Origin: Candidatus Heimdallarchaeota archaeon
GTDB taxonomy: Archaea; Asgardarchaeota; Heimdallarchaeia; Heimdallarchaeales; Heimdallarchaeaceae
Length of the DNA: 54,605 nt
NCBI GenBank assembly: GCA_030668825.1
Contig: DAOVET010000009.1
Coordinates: 1-54,605, forward strand
Direction: 5' to 3'
The position numbers were made by a program, and so were the translations under genes. Under the pieces are notes generated by a model that saw only the letters and a program-made list of their open reading frames with translations, was not told where the DNA came from and did not search any database. This document shows positions 39,628-49,680 of the stretch, in pieces (positions within the stretch are counted from its first letter, which is position 1; each line of letters opens with the position of its first letter).

Positions 39628-40770
39628 ATGCATGATCCATTGTATGTAACACTGAAGTATGTAGTGGCAGCAGCTCTATTCTTAGGCTTTTTAGTTGCTA
39701 TTTTCTTTGGGCGAAGAAGACAAAATCCCTTCTATATTCCTTGGTCTGTTTTTCTGCTTACTTTTGGTTTATTTCAAGTCATGGATGCACTAAATAATCA
39801 ATTTGGAGTGTTTCAGAGAATCGAGAATGGGTTGCCGCCAGTAGGTAATGATACATTGCTCTTTCGTATTCTTAATGTTACTCAAGCCCTAGCAATGATA
39901 TTTCTTTTTGCAGCAAGTTTAGAACAATCAATGATTGTACCACCAAGAGCAAGCCGAATTATTGCAGCAAGTTTAACTATTTTAGTTCTGTATTTCATAG
40001 TTATACCTTTAGAAAACACTCTTTTCAGCTTTGGAACTCTCACAATTTCAATATATAGCACATTGATAACGGAATTCTATGGGTTCATTTTCGGATTCAT
40101 TGTAATATGTAGTTCTTTGTTATTGATTCCAGTTTTTATCAGATATGTCAAACTATCAGTAATTTCAAAGAACAGAAGGATAAGATGGAAAACTTACATT
40201 ACTCTACTAGTGTTTTTGATGTTGATCGGGTTAGCTTTTCTTATGACTGTACGAAGAAAAGTAAGTGAAAATGGGATGAATGAAGATACTTTTGATCTTT
40301 TTGAGATAATTTACTCATTTGTTGTTGTATCACTTATAGTAATTTATCAGAGTCAATCCGTTTCCCATGGTATTGAAACAATCCTAGTCGTTGATAAAGA
40401 AGGTAATCCCCTCTTAGGTTATTCTCCTTTTAGAAGGAGTAGAATCTCTTTTGAGGAGAAAATCATTGCAGCATCCGGATATCTTTCTGGTCTTTTTCAT
40501 TTCATCCAGGATTATGTGGCAACTACAGACAAAGAAGAATTCAAAGAAATTAAAACTACTTCATCAACTCTCTCATTTTATGCTGGGGAGAAAATCTTTA
40601 TGATTATTCAAACAAAAATCTCTGGCAACAAACTAGATAAATCTGCTAATATAACTCTCACAGAATTAGATGAGTTTTTAGCTGATTTTGAAGCAAACAA
40701 ATTGCCAACAGAAAAACAAGTTGATGAGATGATTAATCTGTTAGAGAAAAACTTCTATTTGATTGCTTAA
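39628..40770 (+). CDS. 7-TM membrane protein fused to a C-terminal longin/roadblock-like domain
   Basis: Seven hydrophobic segments, then ILVVDKEGNPLL...ASGYLSGLFHFIQD...FKEIK. Confidence 0.7.
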   Translation: MHDPLYVTLKYVVAAALFLGFLVAIFFGRRRQNPFYIPWSVFLLTFGLFQVMDALNNQFGVFQRIENGLPPVGNDTLLFRILNVTQALAMIFLFAASLEQSMIVPPRASRIIAASLTILVLYFIVIPLENTLFSFGTLTISIYSTLITEFYGFIFGFIVICSSLLLIPVFIRYVKLSVISKNRRIRWKTYITLLVFLMLIGLAFLMTVRRKVSENGMNEDTFDLFEIIYSFVVVSLIVIYQSQSVSHGIETILVVDKEGNPLLGYSPFRRSRISFEEKIIAASGYLSGLFHFIQDYVATTDKEEFKEIKTTSSTLSFYAGEKIFMIIQTKISGNKLDKSANITLTELDEFLADFEANKLPTEKQVDEMINLLEKNFYLIA

Positions 40771-40814
40771 TTCACGCACTAAAACTTATATCCTAAAAAT
40801 CATATACTTCTTTA

Positions 40815-42131
40815 ATGCTATCCATTACTTTTGTTCTAGGGACTAGACCAGAAATAATCAAATTAGCGCCAGTTATCCTAGAGGTTGAAAAAAGAAAGAT
40901 TAAGCATACTATTATCCATACCGGACAACATTATGATAAGAATCTATCAGATGAGGTATTTGATTCATTAGATATTTGCACACCTTATATCAATTTAGAC
41001 GTTAGAACGAAAATTCCACATAAACAACTTAGTGAGATGATAGCAAAAATCGGAGAAACTATTCTGGAATTGAATCCCTCTATTGTGCTGTCTGTAGGAG
41101 ACACCGTAAGTGTACTTGCTAGTAGCTTGGCTTGCATTCAAAATGAAATTCCCTTTGGTCATATTGAAGCTGGTTTACGGTCATATGATTTTACAATGCC
41201 TGAGGAAATAAACAGAAGATTGGTTGATCATATGTCTTCAATACTATTCGCTCCATCAGAAAGAGCAATCCTTAATTTAAATAATGAGGGAATAGATCCT
41301 AAAAGAATTTATCATACAGGAAACACAGTCATTGATTCTATAAGAATATTTAATGAGTTAATCCATGAGAAAAAAACAGACTCAGCTGACAATATATTAG
41401 AAGAAATCAAAGAACCTTATATTTTAACAACAATTCATAGAATAGCAAATGTTGAAAATAAAACCAATCTTGAAGAAATAGTAAAAACATTAGTTAGTTA
41501 TAATGAACACTCAATTGTCCTCCTTATTCATCCAAGAACAAGGAAGAAACTAGAAGAATATGATCTTCTACAACAGTTGAGTCAAAATAAAAAAGTTCAT
41601 CTTTACACTCCTGTCGAATATCTTTCGCTTTTAAAACTGTTGAAACATGAAAGATGTTTGTTTGTGCTGACTGATTCAGGAGGATTACAGGAAGAAGCTT
41701 CGTTTTCAAGAAAACCCTGTATAACAATTCGTTCTAATACAGAAAGACCAGAAACAGTTGAACATGAAATAAATTTCTTAGTGAAAACAAAAGCATCTAC
41801 AATAATAAAAACTATTAAACAGGTTCTTTCTGAGGATTTTGAACATAGATTTAATTCATTTGGTTCTCCTTCTGGAAAGGGATATGCAAGTCAGAAAATA
41901 ATCGATTTAATAGAAGCAAATTATGAGTTTCTTTCTCATAAATCACCAGAAAATTATAGATCTGGTTCAAAATCATTTTACATTCTGGAACTAGGCGCAT
42001 CTATGGAAAAGGATACTATTGAGGAACAATTTCGGTGCCAATTAATAACTGCGTTTGATGAAAATGGTCATCCTAAATTGATCAAAAATAAAATGAAAAA
42101 AGGGGACAGAGTTAGGATTTTGAGGGATTAA
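40815..42131 (+). CDS. wecB: UDP-N-acetylglucosamine 2-epimerase (non-hydrolysing)
   Basis: GTRPEIIK, HTGQHYD, HIEAGLRS, PEEINR, TDSGGLQEE, TERPE. Confidence 0.96.
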   Translation: MLSITFVLGTRPEIIKLAPVILEVEKRKIKHTIIHTGQHYDKNLSDEVFDSLDICTPYINLDVRTKIPHKQLSEMIAKIGETILELNPSIVLSVGDTVSVLASSLACIQNEIPFGHIEAGLRSYDFTMPEEINRRLVDHMSSILFAPSERAILNLNNEGIDPKRIYHTGNTVIDSIRIFNELIHEKKTDSADNILEEIKEPYILTTIHRIANVENKTNLEEIVKTLVSYNEHSIVLLIHPRTRKKLEEYDLLQQLSQNKKVHLYTPVEYLSLLKLLKHERCLFVLTDSGGLQEEASFSRKPCITIRSNTERPETVEHEINFLVKTKASTIIKTIKQVLSEDFEHRFNSFGSPSGKGYASQKIIDLIEANYEFLSHKSPENYRSGSKSFYILELGASMEKDTIEEQFRCQLITAFDENGHPKLIKNKMKKGDRVRILRD

Positions 42132-42132
42132 C

Positions 42133-43122
42133 CTACCAGTTCATTATGCCTAATGCTTTTAGAAGGACTCTCAATGCTGCGAATGTTGCTAATGCCCAAA
42201 ATCCAGTTAAAATTACTTCTGATTTAATTTTATGAAGGAATCTGGGAACAATATTTGCAGTGATAATAGCTCCAGCAGCCATCAGAAAAACAACATCCCA
42301 CTGAATCGATGCTGCTGCAAAAGTATCTGGACCAAAAATATCTAACGACCTTATGAGTACTGCAAATGGAGTAGCAAAGAGAATTATAAAAGTCGAAGTG
42401 GCTGTTGCGACTGCAGCTGGAACACCAAGAGCCATTGTTAGTATTGGGACATATATAACTCCACCACCGAGTCCAAGAGTAGCACCAATAAAACCTCCTA
42501 ATGCTGCAATAAATACTCCTGGAATAAGTTTAGCTCTATAATTGAACTTAACACCTCTTTTATCTTCAAAATTTCTATAAAAGGCTGTTTTTCTCCACCA
42601 AGGTCTTTGCATTTGTTCTTGGTCGCAATCTTCTTCTAAAAATTCTTCATCTTCTGGAATCCAACCCTTCCGTTTTTTATTCCGTGCTATAAAAATCGTA
42701 GCAAATTTATACACGGCGATCGCGATCATTGTTGCTCCAAAGATAATTTGAAAAACGTCTTTATTGACATCTTGTATTTTTAACCATTGTGAGAATAATG
42801 CTCCAGAAATAGCTCCTGGGATTGCAAAAATCATAAATCTAAATGCTATATCATAATCAATTCTTTTTTCTCTAATGTAAGAAATTGAACCACTAAATGC
42901 TGTAAAGATAATTACTCCTAAAGATGTGGCTGTAACTGTAGCACCAAGAAGTTCTGTATCTCCTCCTATTTTTTGTAAGAATAACCATTCAAATGCTATT
43001 AACAAGATTGGTACATTCAATAATCCTCCGCCTATACCAAATGTTGGGGAAACAGCACCACTTACGAGTCCTGCAGCAAAAAGCGCAAGATAAACCCACC
43101 ATTCAAAATTTTCGAACAACAA
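42133..43122 (-). CDS. TauE/SafE family sulfite exporter
   Basis: Duplicated GIGGG/GLGGG motifs, ATATS, multi-TM. Confidence 0.9.
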   Translation of the reverse strand: MLFENFEWWVYLALFAAGLVSGAVSPTFGIGGGLLNVPILLIAFEWLFLQKIGGDTELLGATVTATSLGVIIFTAFSGSISYIREKRIDYDIAFRFMIFAIPGAISGALFSQWLKIQDVNKDVFQIIFGATMIAIAVYKFATIFIARNKKRKGWIPEDEEFLEEDCDQEQMQRPWWRKTAFYRNFEDKRGVKFNYRAKLIPGVFIAALGGFIGATLGLGGGVIYVPILTMALGVPAAVATATSTFIILFATPFAVLIRSLDIFGPDTFAAASIQWDVVFLMAAGAIITANIVPRFLHKIKSEVILTGFWALATFAALRVLLKALGIMNW

Positions 43123-43227
43123 ATATTTGCACCTTTTTTATCTGAAACTCAATTAGACGAGTTGTTTAAAACTTTAGTGCAAGAACAAATTCAGTTTGTA
43201 GCAGAAATGATTTTAAACTACTAGGAT

Positions 43228-44100
43228 ATGCTTGTAACAATGAGTTTAGATGATGAATCCTCTTTAGCTGAGCATTTTCTTTCACTTATAGAAAAGAAAA
43301 CTATCTGGGAATTAGATATGATTTGTTCAATACTAAATATAAATGTTGAAGACTTCATGGGATTTATAAACAAATTTCCAATGGCTTATGGATTATCAGT
43401 ACAAGGTAAGAAGTTCTATATTACTCCAGAACTAGTGAATGATGCAATGGGGGAGATTAAACAATCATTTGTCGAATGGTATCAACGAATTGCTCCAGAT
43501 GGATTTTCTCAAGTTGTTCAAGCATCAATCCAGAAAAGAAGTGAAGAGATTCTAAGAGATACTCCAGAGAGAATCTCATCGAAAATCAAAATTTCTGTAT
43601 ATGGAAACAATCATGTAGTAGAACATGTATTAAATGAATTTCTTTCAAGAGTGGGATTACAACCTTCTTTCGACTATACTGGAGGATATGAGCCTGTTGA
43701 TTTTCAGAAAAATATTGGAAATGATATATATAATTGTCAGTTTATGCTGATAAACTATAATAGGGATATGCTCTCTTTGGCTAATCTCTTATTTGAAATG
43801 CCTGAAGCGTTTTTATTCATCTTTAACCCTCTAGATCAATTACAAATTGACAGATTAGTGAAAATGATTAAGATTTTAATCTCAAAGAGAAAAAAAGACC
43901 TCTTTATCACTTTTCTTGCAAGTGTCAAACCAGATATTTCTCAAGAATCTTTGAGCGATGTTGCAAAAACTCTCTCATACTTAGTTGAGTATCTAGAAGA
44001 GAAACCTCATTTCAAAGTATCTTTTGCTATTCTATCATCTACTAATCAAATTGAGAGAAAAATTGCTGATCTAATCCAATCTGCTAGAATGTTATTTTGA
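43228..44100 (+). CDS. Winged-helix-like N-domain plus degenerate Rab-like pseudo-GTPase
   Basis: C-half colinear with Rab fold but G1, G3, G4 and G5 lost. Confidence 0.55.
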   Translation: MLVTMSLDDESSLAEHFLSLIEKKTIWELDMICSILNINVEDFMGFINKFPMAYGLSVQGKKFYITPELVNDAMGEIKQSFVEWYQRIAPDGFSQVVQASIQKRSEEILRDTPERISSKIKISVYGNNHVVEHVLNEFLSRVGLQPSFDYTGGYEPVDFQKNIGNDIYNCQFMLINYNRDMLSLANLLFEMPEAFLFIFNPLDQLQIDRLVKMIKILISKRKKDLFITFLASVKPDISQESLSDVAKTLSYLVEYLEEKPHFKVSFAILSSTNQIERKIADLIQSARMLF

Positions 44101-44856
44101 TTTTAATTTTGTTTTAGGTTTAGGTTTAGGTTTTGAGATATATTTCTCTTCAAGGTAGTCTGCAAGCTTAGGATAATTTCTGAATGCAGGAAATAACTGA
44201 TAAAAACCTGCTGCAAGAAATAAAAGAAAAATACCCGAGAAAGCCATACCTATGTAATTTAGGACGTTAGTAACAACAGCATCTGTAACACCTTCACTTA
44301 ATAATTTACTCGTAACAATGAAACTAGCAACATATATGCTGTATGCAACTGCTTGAACAAGAAATGCGATAGAAATCAATGGAAGAGGATTTCGTGGTAT
44401 AAGTTTTCTGATAAATGCTGAGACAAGATCCTTATAGAAAAAATAGAAACCTGTTGCAAGAGTTATACAAGATAAGATCAAGATAGCATTACCTATGTAA
44501 ACCATAACTACACTTGTTATCCAACGTACAAGAATCAAAACCAACTGGGCTATGAATAAAGCAGCACTACCGCCAACTATTGTAAATGCTGCGATTTTCC
44601 CTTTTTCCCATTTAACAACTGGATCGTATGTCAAGTTATAAATGCCCCAACTCATTCCGATGAGGCCTAGAACGATTGGAATAAAGAGAAGATGTGCATC
44701 TATCCATCCTGGCAGAATCGTATCTAGAAATAATGCTGTAAGTGCGGCAAGAAGCCCATAAAACAGAAATACCATTACTGAACTATTTAGAATGAGTTTT
44801 GAATGCTGCTGACGATTAATTCTACTCACCTTCCATTTTGCTTTCTTGTTCTTCAA
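44092..44856 (-). CDS. 6-TM membrane protein
   Basis: Six hydrophobic helices; Lys/Pro tail. Confidence 0.75.
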   Translation of the reverse strand: MKNKKAKWKVSRINRQQHSKLILNSSVMVFLFYGLLAALTALFLDTILPGWIDAHLLFIPIVLGLIGMSWGIYNLTYDPVVKWEKGKIAAFTIVGGSAALFIAQLVLILVRWITSVVMVYIGNAILILSCITLATGFYFFYKDLVSAFIRKLIPRNPLPLISIAFLVQAVAYSIYVASFIVTSKLLSEGVTDAVVTNVLNYIGMAFSGIFLLFLAAGFYQLFPAFRNYPKLADYLEEKYISKPKPKPKTKLKSK

Positions 44857-45541
44857 TTTTCTCAGTTTTTATTGCGTTTTCTTGTTCTCCATGTTGATTT
44901 TCAACTATATATCCCCCCACCTGTATCATGTTCGTAATCGATGCCAAGCCAAAAAAACCTAATATTATTAGAAATGCTGCAAGCAAGAAAAGTGATAATG
45001 AGAGGTTTAGAATCCATAAGTCTAGTGACGAAGGATAAATTAGGACATTACACCAATTAATAATAGAGGGAGCTAATAGAATGACCATTCCAAATGGAAT
45101 ATACCATTGCCCCTTTCTGGGGATATAATCATTTTTGTGAAGGGAGTCCAATGTAAATTTGAGAAAGATGAACCCAACAGTAATTACTATATAATAAGTA
45201 ATTAGAAAAACTAAATTAAAGTATATGAAGGGTTTTGTATTCCAACCAATCTTTACGCTTACATATGACAAAATTATTCCAACAATTTCAATAACTGATG
45301 ATGTTATAAGAAAAATGCTTGCTAGTTTCCATTTTTCTATTTTCCTCAATGATTTTCCAAGTCTAACCAAACCTATTGAGAAAAGTATTAGTGCAAAATC
45401 AAAAGCAGCATCTATAATTACTACAATAATAAGATTATATTCTGCAAATAATAAATTACTTGCAACTCTCAACATTTGTATTATTGTTAATAACCATGCA
45501 CTATAGACTAAATGTTTGGCTATATCGATTCTGTCATTCAA
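44822..45541 (-). CDS. 6-TM membrane protein
   Basis: Same layout as its neighbours; shared RKGQ-x-x-P-x-G motif. Confidence 0.75.
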   Translation of the reverse strand: MNDRIDIAKHLVYSAWLLTIIQMLRVASNLLFAEYNLIIVVIIDAAFDFALILFSIGLVRLGKSLRKIEKWKLASIFLITSSVIEIVGIILSYVSVKIGWNTKPFIYFNLVFLITYYIVITVGFIFLKFTLDSLHKNDYIPRKGQWYIPFGMVILLAPSIINWCNVLIYPSSLDLWILNLSLSLFLLAAFLIILGFFGLASITNMIQVGGYIVENQHGEQENAIKTEKIEEQESKMEGE

Positions 45542-45545
45542 TTTA

Positions 45546-46604
45546 CTAACCCTTCTTCAGATATGGATTAGCCTCTCCACAATCGCCACAGAAAGCTGCA
45601 TCATCATCTAGCTCTAGACCACATTTAATACAAAACATCTTCTTTGGCAAAGCGGGATCATCTAGTAATATTTCTTCAATAGGTTCTTGTGTTTGAGAAA
45701 CTGGCTTAGCTGGGGGTGGTGGTGCAAATCCTCCGAATAATCCTCCCCTTCTCCCAAGCATTCCTCCTCCTTGTTGTCTGGCTTCAGCCCGTTGAGCTTT
45801 AGCTTCTTCTATCCTTTGAAATAGCTCTTCAGGAATTTTATCCAGAGTTGCAAAAGCTCTTCGTAGATACCAGAAACCTAACACAATCATGACAAGATTC
45901 CCCATACTAAAGAAGTATTGAACCCAGAGAAGAATTTGAAATCCTTCTTCAATTACTAGCTTTTCACCTACATAATACGCATAGGTATCCTGAGGAATAA
46001 TGGTTTCTATGGTTAAATAAATGAATAACAATGCAAAACCTAAAGGAAGTGATAGTTGTCCTTTATAGATATTTCTTCTTTGAGTTGCATAACTATCAAC
46101 TGCTGTTTTAAGTTGATAGAACCCAAAGGTGAAAGCTGCAGCTGAAACGATATAAGTGATATTTACAGACAGTAGTCTTAAGGGATTTGAACTAACCAAA
46201 AGCCCTGTTGCATAAAAAATACCCGATATTCTTGATAGCAGTAGTCTTAAGTGATCTGAACTAACCAAAACTCCTACCGAATAAAAAATAGTTAATATAT
46301 TTGATACAAGGAGAATTATGGCAGCTGAACCAATTATTATACTTGTAAAGAATATAATTTTGTTTTCTTCTTCCTTATGGAATAAAAATAAACCATATGC
46401 TAACCATACCAATGCTAGGCCTTGTAATAAATTAAGTGCACTGTCGACATATAAAATTGCAGGACCACTACCTAACAAATAAATAAACATACTTATCATC
46501 ATTGTTAAAACATAAATCAAAGATGAATTTGTAATATGTTTTCTGGTTGTATTTTTTATACCTGTTTCTGGTTGTAGCTCTGTTTCACCCATCATCCTAA
46601 TCAT
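45546..46604 (-). CDS. Multi-TM membrane protein with C-terminal zinc ribbon
   Basis: TM helices, G/P-rich linker, FCIKCG...FCGDCG. Confidence 0.8.
   Translation of the reverse strand: MIRMMGETELQPETGIKNTTRKHITNSSLIYVLTMMISMFIYLLGSGPAILYVDSALNLLQGLALVWLAYGLFLFHKEEENKIIFFTSIIIGSAAIILLVSNILTIFYSVGVLVSSDHLRLLLSRISGIFYATGLLVSSNPLRLLSVNITYIVSAAAFTFGFYQLKTAVDSYATQRRNIYKGQLSLPLGFALLFIYLTIETIIPQDTYAYYVGEKLVIEEGFQILLWVQYFFSMGNLVMIVLGFWYLRRAFATLDKIPEELFQRIEEAKAQRAEARQQGGGMLGRRGGLFGGFAPPPPAKPVSQTQEPIEEILLDDPALPKKMFCIKCGLELDDDAAFCGDCGEANPYLKKG
46170..46290. repeat. In-frame 69-bp tandem duplication (23 aa)
   Basis: CAGTAGTCTTAAGnGATnTGAACTAACCAAAA at 46170 and 46239. Confidence 0.85.
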
Positions 46605-46696
46605 ACCTTGTGAATGTATTATTTAAATTTGTGGAGTTATGATATTTTTGATTCGAGGAAAAAGGAAAGTATATAAGTACTCCCAAATACTCTTTT

Positions 46697-47266
46697 TTGA
46701 TGAGACTTTCATCCTCTTTATCACTGGTAGCATGCTTGACGGCGTTCTTTAGTTTATTAACACCAGTTTTCTTTGATAAACAAGGATATGCTCAAACTTG
46801 GATTGATATTCAAGAATCTCCTCCTCTATGGATTTTTATAATTGCCACTTTCTTAGTAGCTGCTCATGATATCAAATGGTTTGAAGGGATAAAATTTATT
46901 CGTAAATCAGATTTCAGATTATTTAGACTTCTTTTGGTTATTATTGGCTTTTTGATGGCTTTTGCTATGGAATTGTCTGTTAACGTTCGATTAACTCCTT
47001 ACATTTTCTGGCAGCAGAGTCTTTTCTTCCAATTACCTTACAGATCTACAGTTATGCTTCAATATAATATCCTGTATTATGTTTTTCAGAAAGCAATTGT
47101 AGAGACCGTAATATTCAGAGTTAGTATAGCGTATCATTTAATTCGTCTCTGTCGATTAATTTTGATTTTTGTATTCATCTTCACTATTCTGGAAAAAAGT
47201 CCTCGAAAATCAAGGATAACGACAGAACAGGTTTATAGGGATTATCTGGGAAAATCTCAGCCTTGA
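46697..47266 (+). CDS. Membrane protein, hypothetical
   Basis: About 4 hydrophobic segments. Confidence 0.6.
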   Translation: MMRLSSSLSLVACLTAFFSLLTPVFFDKQGYAQTWIDIQESPPLWIFIIATFLVAAHDIKWFEGIKFIRKSDFRLFRLLLVIIGFLMAFAMELSVNVRLTPYIFWQQSLFFQLPYRSTVMLQYNILYYVFQKAIVETVIFRVSIAYHLIRLCRLILIFVFIFTILEKSPRKSRITTEQVYRDYLGKSQP

Positions 47267-47318
47267 TGCAAATAGTTTTTATTTCAGTTAATTTCTTGAT
47301 AAATAAGCAAGAAACAAT

Positions 47319-48389
47319 TTGATAAGCATGTCCTCTCCTTTATTTGTACCATATATAGCATTATTAGTCCTAGATGAGACTGGAATGACTCTACGATGCA
47401 CTAATCCTATTCCTGATATTTCAAATGAAGAAATAATAGGAATAGGAAACTTCTACAGTCCTGTAGTTTCAGCATCATCTCCTCATCTAGAAATATATGG
47501 TCCTTTACCTATTCCACATCATGAGAAATATCACTTGTTAATAGTTACTTTCAGAAAGTATGATTCATTAGTTTATGATCCGCGAACCAAAGATAAGAAT
47601 GTACTATCTTTTTGTCAATTGCTTATTTTTTACAAAAAAGAATGTGATGAAAAGGTAAAATTCGGTCACAGTCAGATATTCACAACTGTAGATGTTTTTC
47701 TTCAAGAATTTCAAGATGTTGCAGAAGTGAGAGATGAAGAGCTGCTCAAATTGAGTGAAATATTAATTGAAAATGTTATTCTTGATGATCAGATTAAATC
47801 TAAAAGCATTGAGGATATTGTAAGAGATATTGCTTCGCGGTTTAATACAATACAACAAATATCTAACCTATTAAACCGTAGAACAAAAATTGGAATTATT
47901 TCCTCTGATTCATTGTCATATAATCTGATTATTCAATCTCTTTTCCACTATCAGAATATAGATTTCATCTATCAGCTAGATAGAAACGAATTCATTACAA
48001 GAATTGATACTTACTTCATGAGGATAGTTTTAACTTTGCTTTTTGATTTAGAAATGATTGAAGGTATAGATTTCTTCAGGGAAATGGATTATTATGTGTA
48101 CATAGCTTCTTGTGAAGAAGAGGGAAGTTGTCAAAAGCACATCGATAACATAGACACTATGTTTAAACAAGACAGTAATGCTAAAATCTTTTTTGTGACC
48201 ACAGAAAGAACAGAACAATTATCCTTGGAAAAAAAGAAGTTTTTATTTCAAGAAAGTGAAAATAGGAAGAATCTTAAACTGATGATTTCAGTTGGAGATG
48301 TATTTAGAACACTTGATAATGCAATATATCTAATCTTAAGTGATATACTGGAACTGAGAAAAATCATCTTGAGTCAGAGCAAGGGATAG
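47319..48389 (+). CDS. Hypothetical: longin/uDENN-like N-domain plus degenerate GTPase-like C-domain (paralog of 19804)
   Basis: LLVLDETG, YGPLPIP, VYDPR; KIGIIS...YYVYIAS...KIFFVTT. Confidence 0.5.
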   Translation: MISMSSPLFVPYIALLVLDETGMTLRCTNPIPDISNEEIIGIGNFYSPVVSASSPHLEIYGPLPIPHHEKYHLLIVTFRKYDSLVYDPRTKDKNVLSFCQLLIFYKKECDEKVKFGHSQIFTTVDVFLQEFQDVAEVRDEELLKLSEILIENVILDDQIKSKSIEDIVRDIASRFNTIQQISNLLNRRTKIGIISSDSLSYNLIIQSLFHYQNIDFIYQLDRNEFITRIDTYFMRIVLTLLFDLEMIEGIDFFREMDYYVYIASCEEEGSCQKHIDNIDTMFKQDSNAKIFFVTTERTEQLSLEKKKFLFQESENRKNLKLMISVGDVFRTLDNAIYLILSDILELRKIILSQSKG

Positions 48390-48479
48390 TTTGTTCTAAT
48401 CTGGAATCACAGCGATTAGCTGTGCATTTAACCCCAACCTACTCCCAACAACTGGACCCATATAACCTATGAATGACTT

Positions 48480-48593
48480 GCTAATTTTCATCCAAAGTCA
48501 GAAGTTGTTAGTTTTGGTGATGTTCATCGATTTATCGTGGGTAATGAAGATACAATTGTTGAAAATATTGAACGTTTCATCAAAGCAATTTAG
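48480..48593 (+). pseudogene. Orphan 3' fragment resembling an LLM-class oxidoreductase C-terminus
   Basis: RFIVGNEDTIVENIERFIKAI* resembles IVGTPDEVIEKIEEFIKAG. Confidence 0.45.
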
Positions 48594-48628
48594 AATTTAT
48601 AATAAGTTTTTTTTCAATGAGACAAACT

Positions 48629-49363
48629 CTAATTCTTGTTAACTCTTTTTTTCATCCATTCTCTTATTTCTTCAAAGAGCTGGTATCGACCTGCATCTTT
48701 GGGAATGACATGACCACCTTTGTCTATCCAAACTAGAGTTTTATCAGTTGAGTTAACCTTTTTGTAGATGTATTCAGCATGATTAGAAGGAACACTTGGA
48801 TCCTTCTTACTCTGAATTACAAGTATGGGTACCTCGATTTTAGGGACTGATATTTTCACTTCTCTAAGAAGTTTGTAAAGCTGCTTAATACTTCTTATGG
48901 GGTAGTACCCATAGCTTTTGTGAGTTGAGAGTGATTCCAGATCTTCCCATCCTTTTTCCCTTGTTCTATGCTTAGGATAAATTAAGCCTAGAAAAGGGAC
49001 TGCAACAATAAGATACATTCTCCAATCTGGCGACTTATATGGTGCAGCCATTGGTATTATTCCTGCTAAATCACTATTTCTTGCTCCCAATACTAAAGTA
49101 ATAGCTGCGCCCATTGAGAGACCGCAGATATATACCTTCTCAAATACTGCTTTAAGTTCATTTAGCTTTGCTTGTGCATAGTCTATCCATTCAGTCCAAT
49201 TGTTTTTATTGAGATCTTCAAGTGATGTTTCATGTCCTGGAAGAGTGATATTTTCAACAAAGTAATGTTGTTCTCTAAGATAAGTAGCTAGAGGTTCCAT
49301 TTCGAAATGCGTTCCAGTAAATCCGTGTATTAGAAGAAAGCTGATTTTTGAATTTTCACTCAT
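48629..49363 (-). CDS. Carboxylesterase (alpha/beta hydrolase, Est30/YvaK-like)
   Basis: IHGFTG, GLSMG nucleophile, DPSV, GHVI triad. Confidence 0.93.
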   Translation of the reverse strand: MSENSKISFLLIHGFTGTHFEMEPLATYLREQHYFVENITLPGHETSLEDLNKNNWTEWIDYAQAKLNELKAVFEKVYICGLSMGAAITLVLGARNSDLAGIIPMAAPYKSPDWRMYLIVAVPFLGLIYPKHRTREKGWEDLESLSTHKSYGYYPIRSIKQLYKLLREVKISVPKIEVPILVIQSKKDPSVPSNHAEYIYKKVNSTDKTLVWIDKGGHVIPKDAGRYQLFEEIREWMKKRVNKN

Positions 49364-49500
49364 ATTAGACTAAAAAAACACTAATTAATAAGAATTGTTG
49401 ATTAGAATTCACATCCAATCATTAAGTAGAAAAACCTTCCTTAACTTTTTAACTCTTTGTTACAAATAAATACTATGAAGTAATCTTGATAATTAAATAT

Positions 49501-49680
49501 TTACATGAAGTCCTCTAATCCTGATTGTTTCTTGGTTCTCTGAAAATCCTTCAGTTCCTCATCCTTCTGATCAATGAACCATTATTTAATCAGCTTAGAT
49601 TCAGGATCAACAACAGATTTAGGTATCCAAATAGGATTGTCAGTTAAACCATCAATGATAACCATAAAGAATGAACCCCA
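49501..49680 (-). pseudogene. Orphan 3' fragment ending in a PIP-box-like motif
   Basis: ...NPIWIPKSVVDPESKLIK*WFIDQ...KKQSGLEDFM*; internal stop at 49582-49584. Confidence 0.6.

Noticed and set aside
41930-42131. C-terminal extension of WecB as a ubiquitin-like domain (KKGDRVRI)
   Set aside because: Too short, no GG terminus; cannot be supported by eye
44112-44133. TTTAGG repeats resembling telomeric DNA
   Set aside because: They simply encode the KPKPKP tail of a membrane protein
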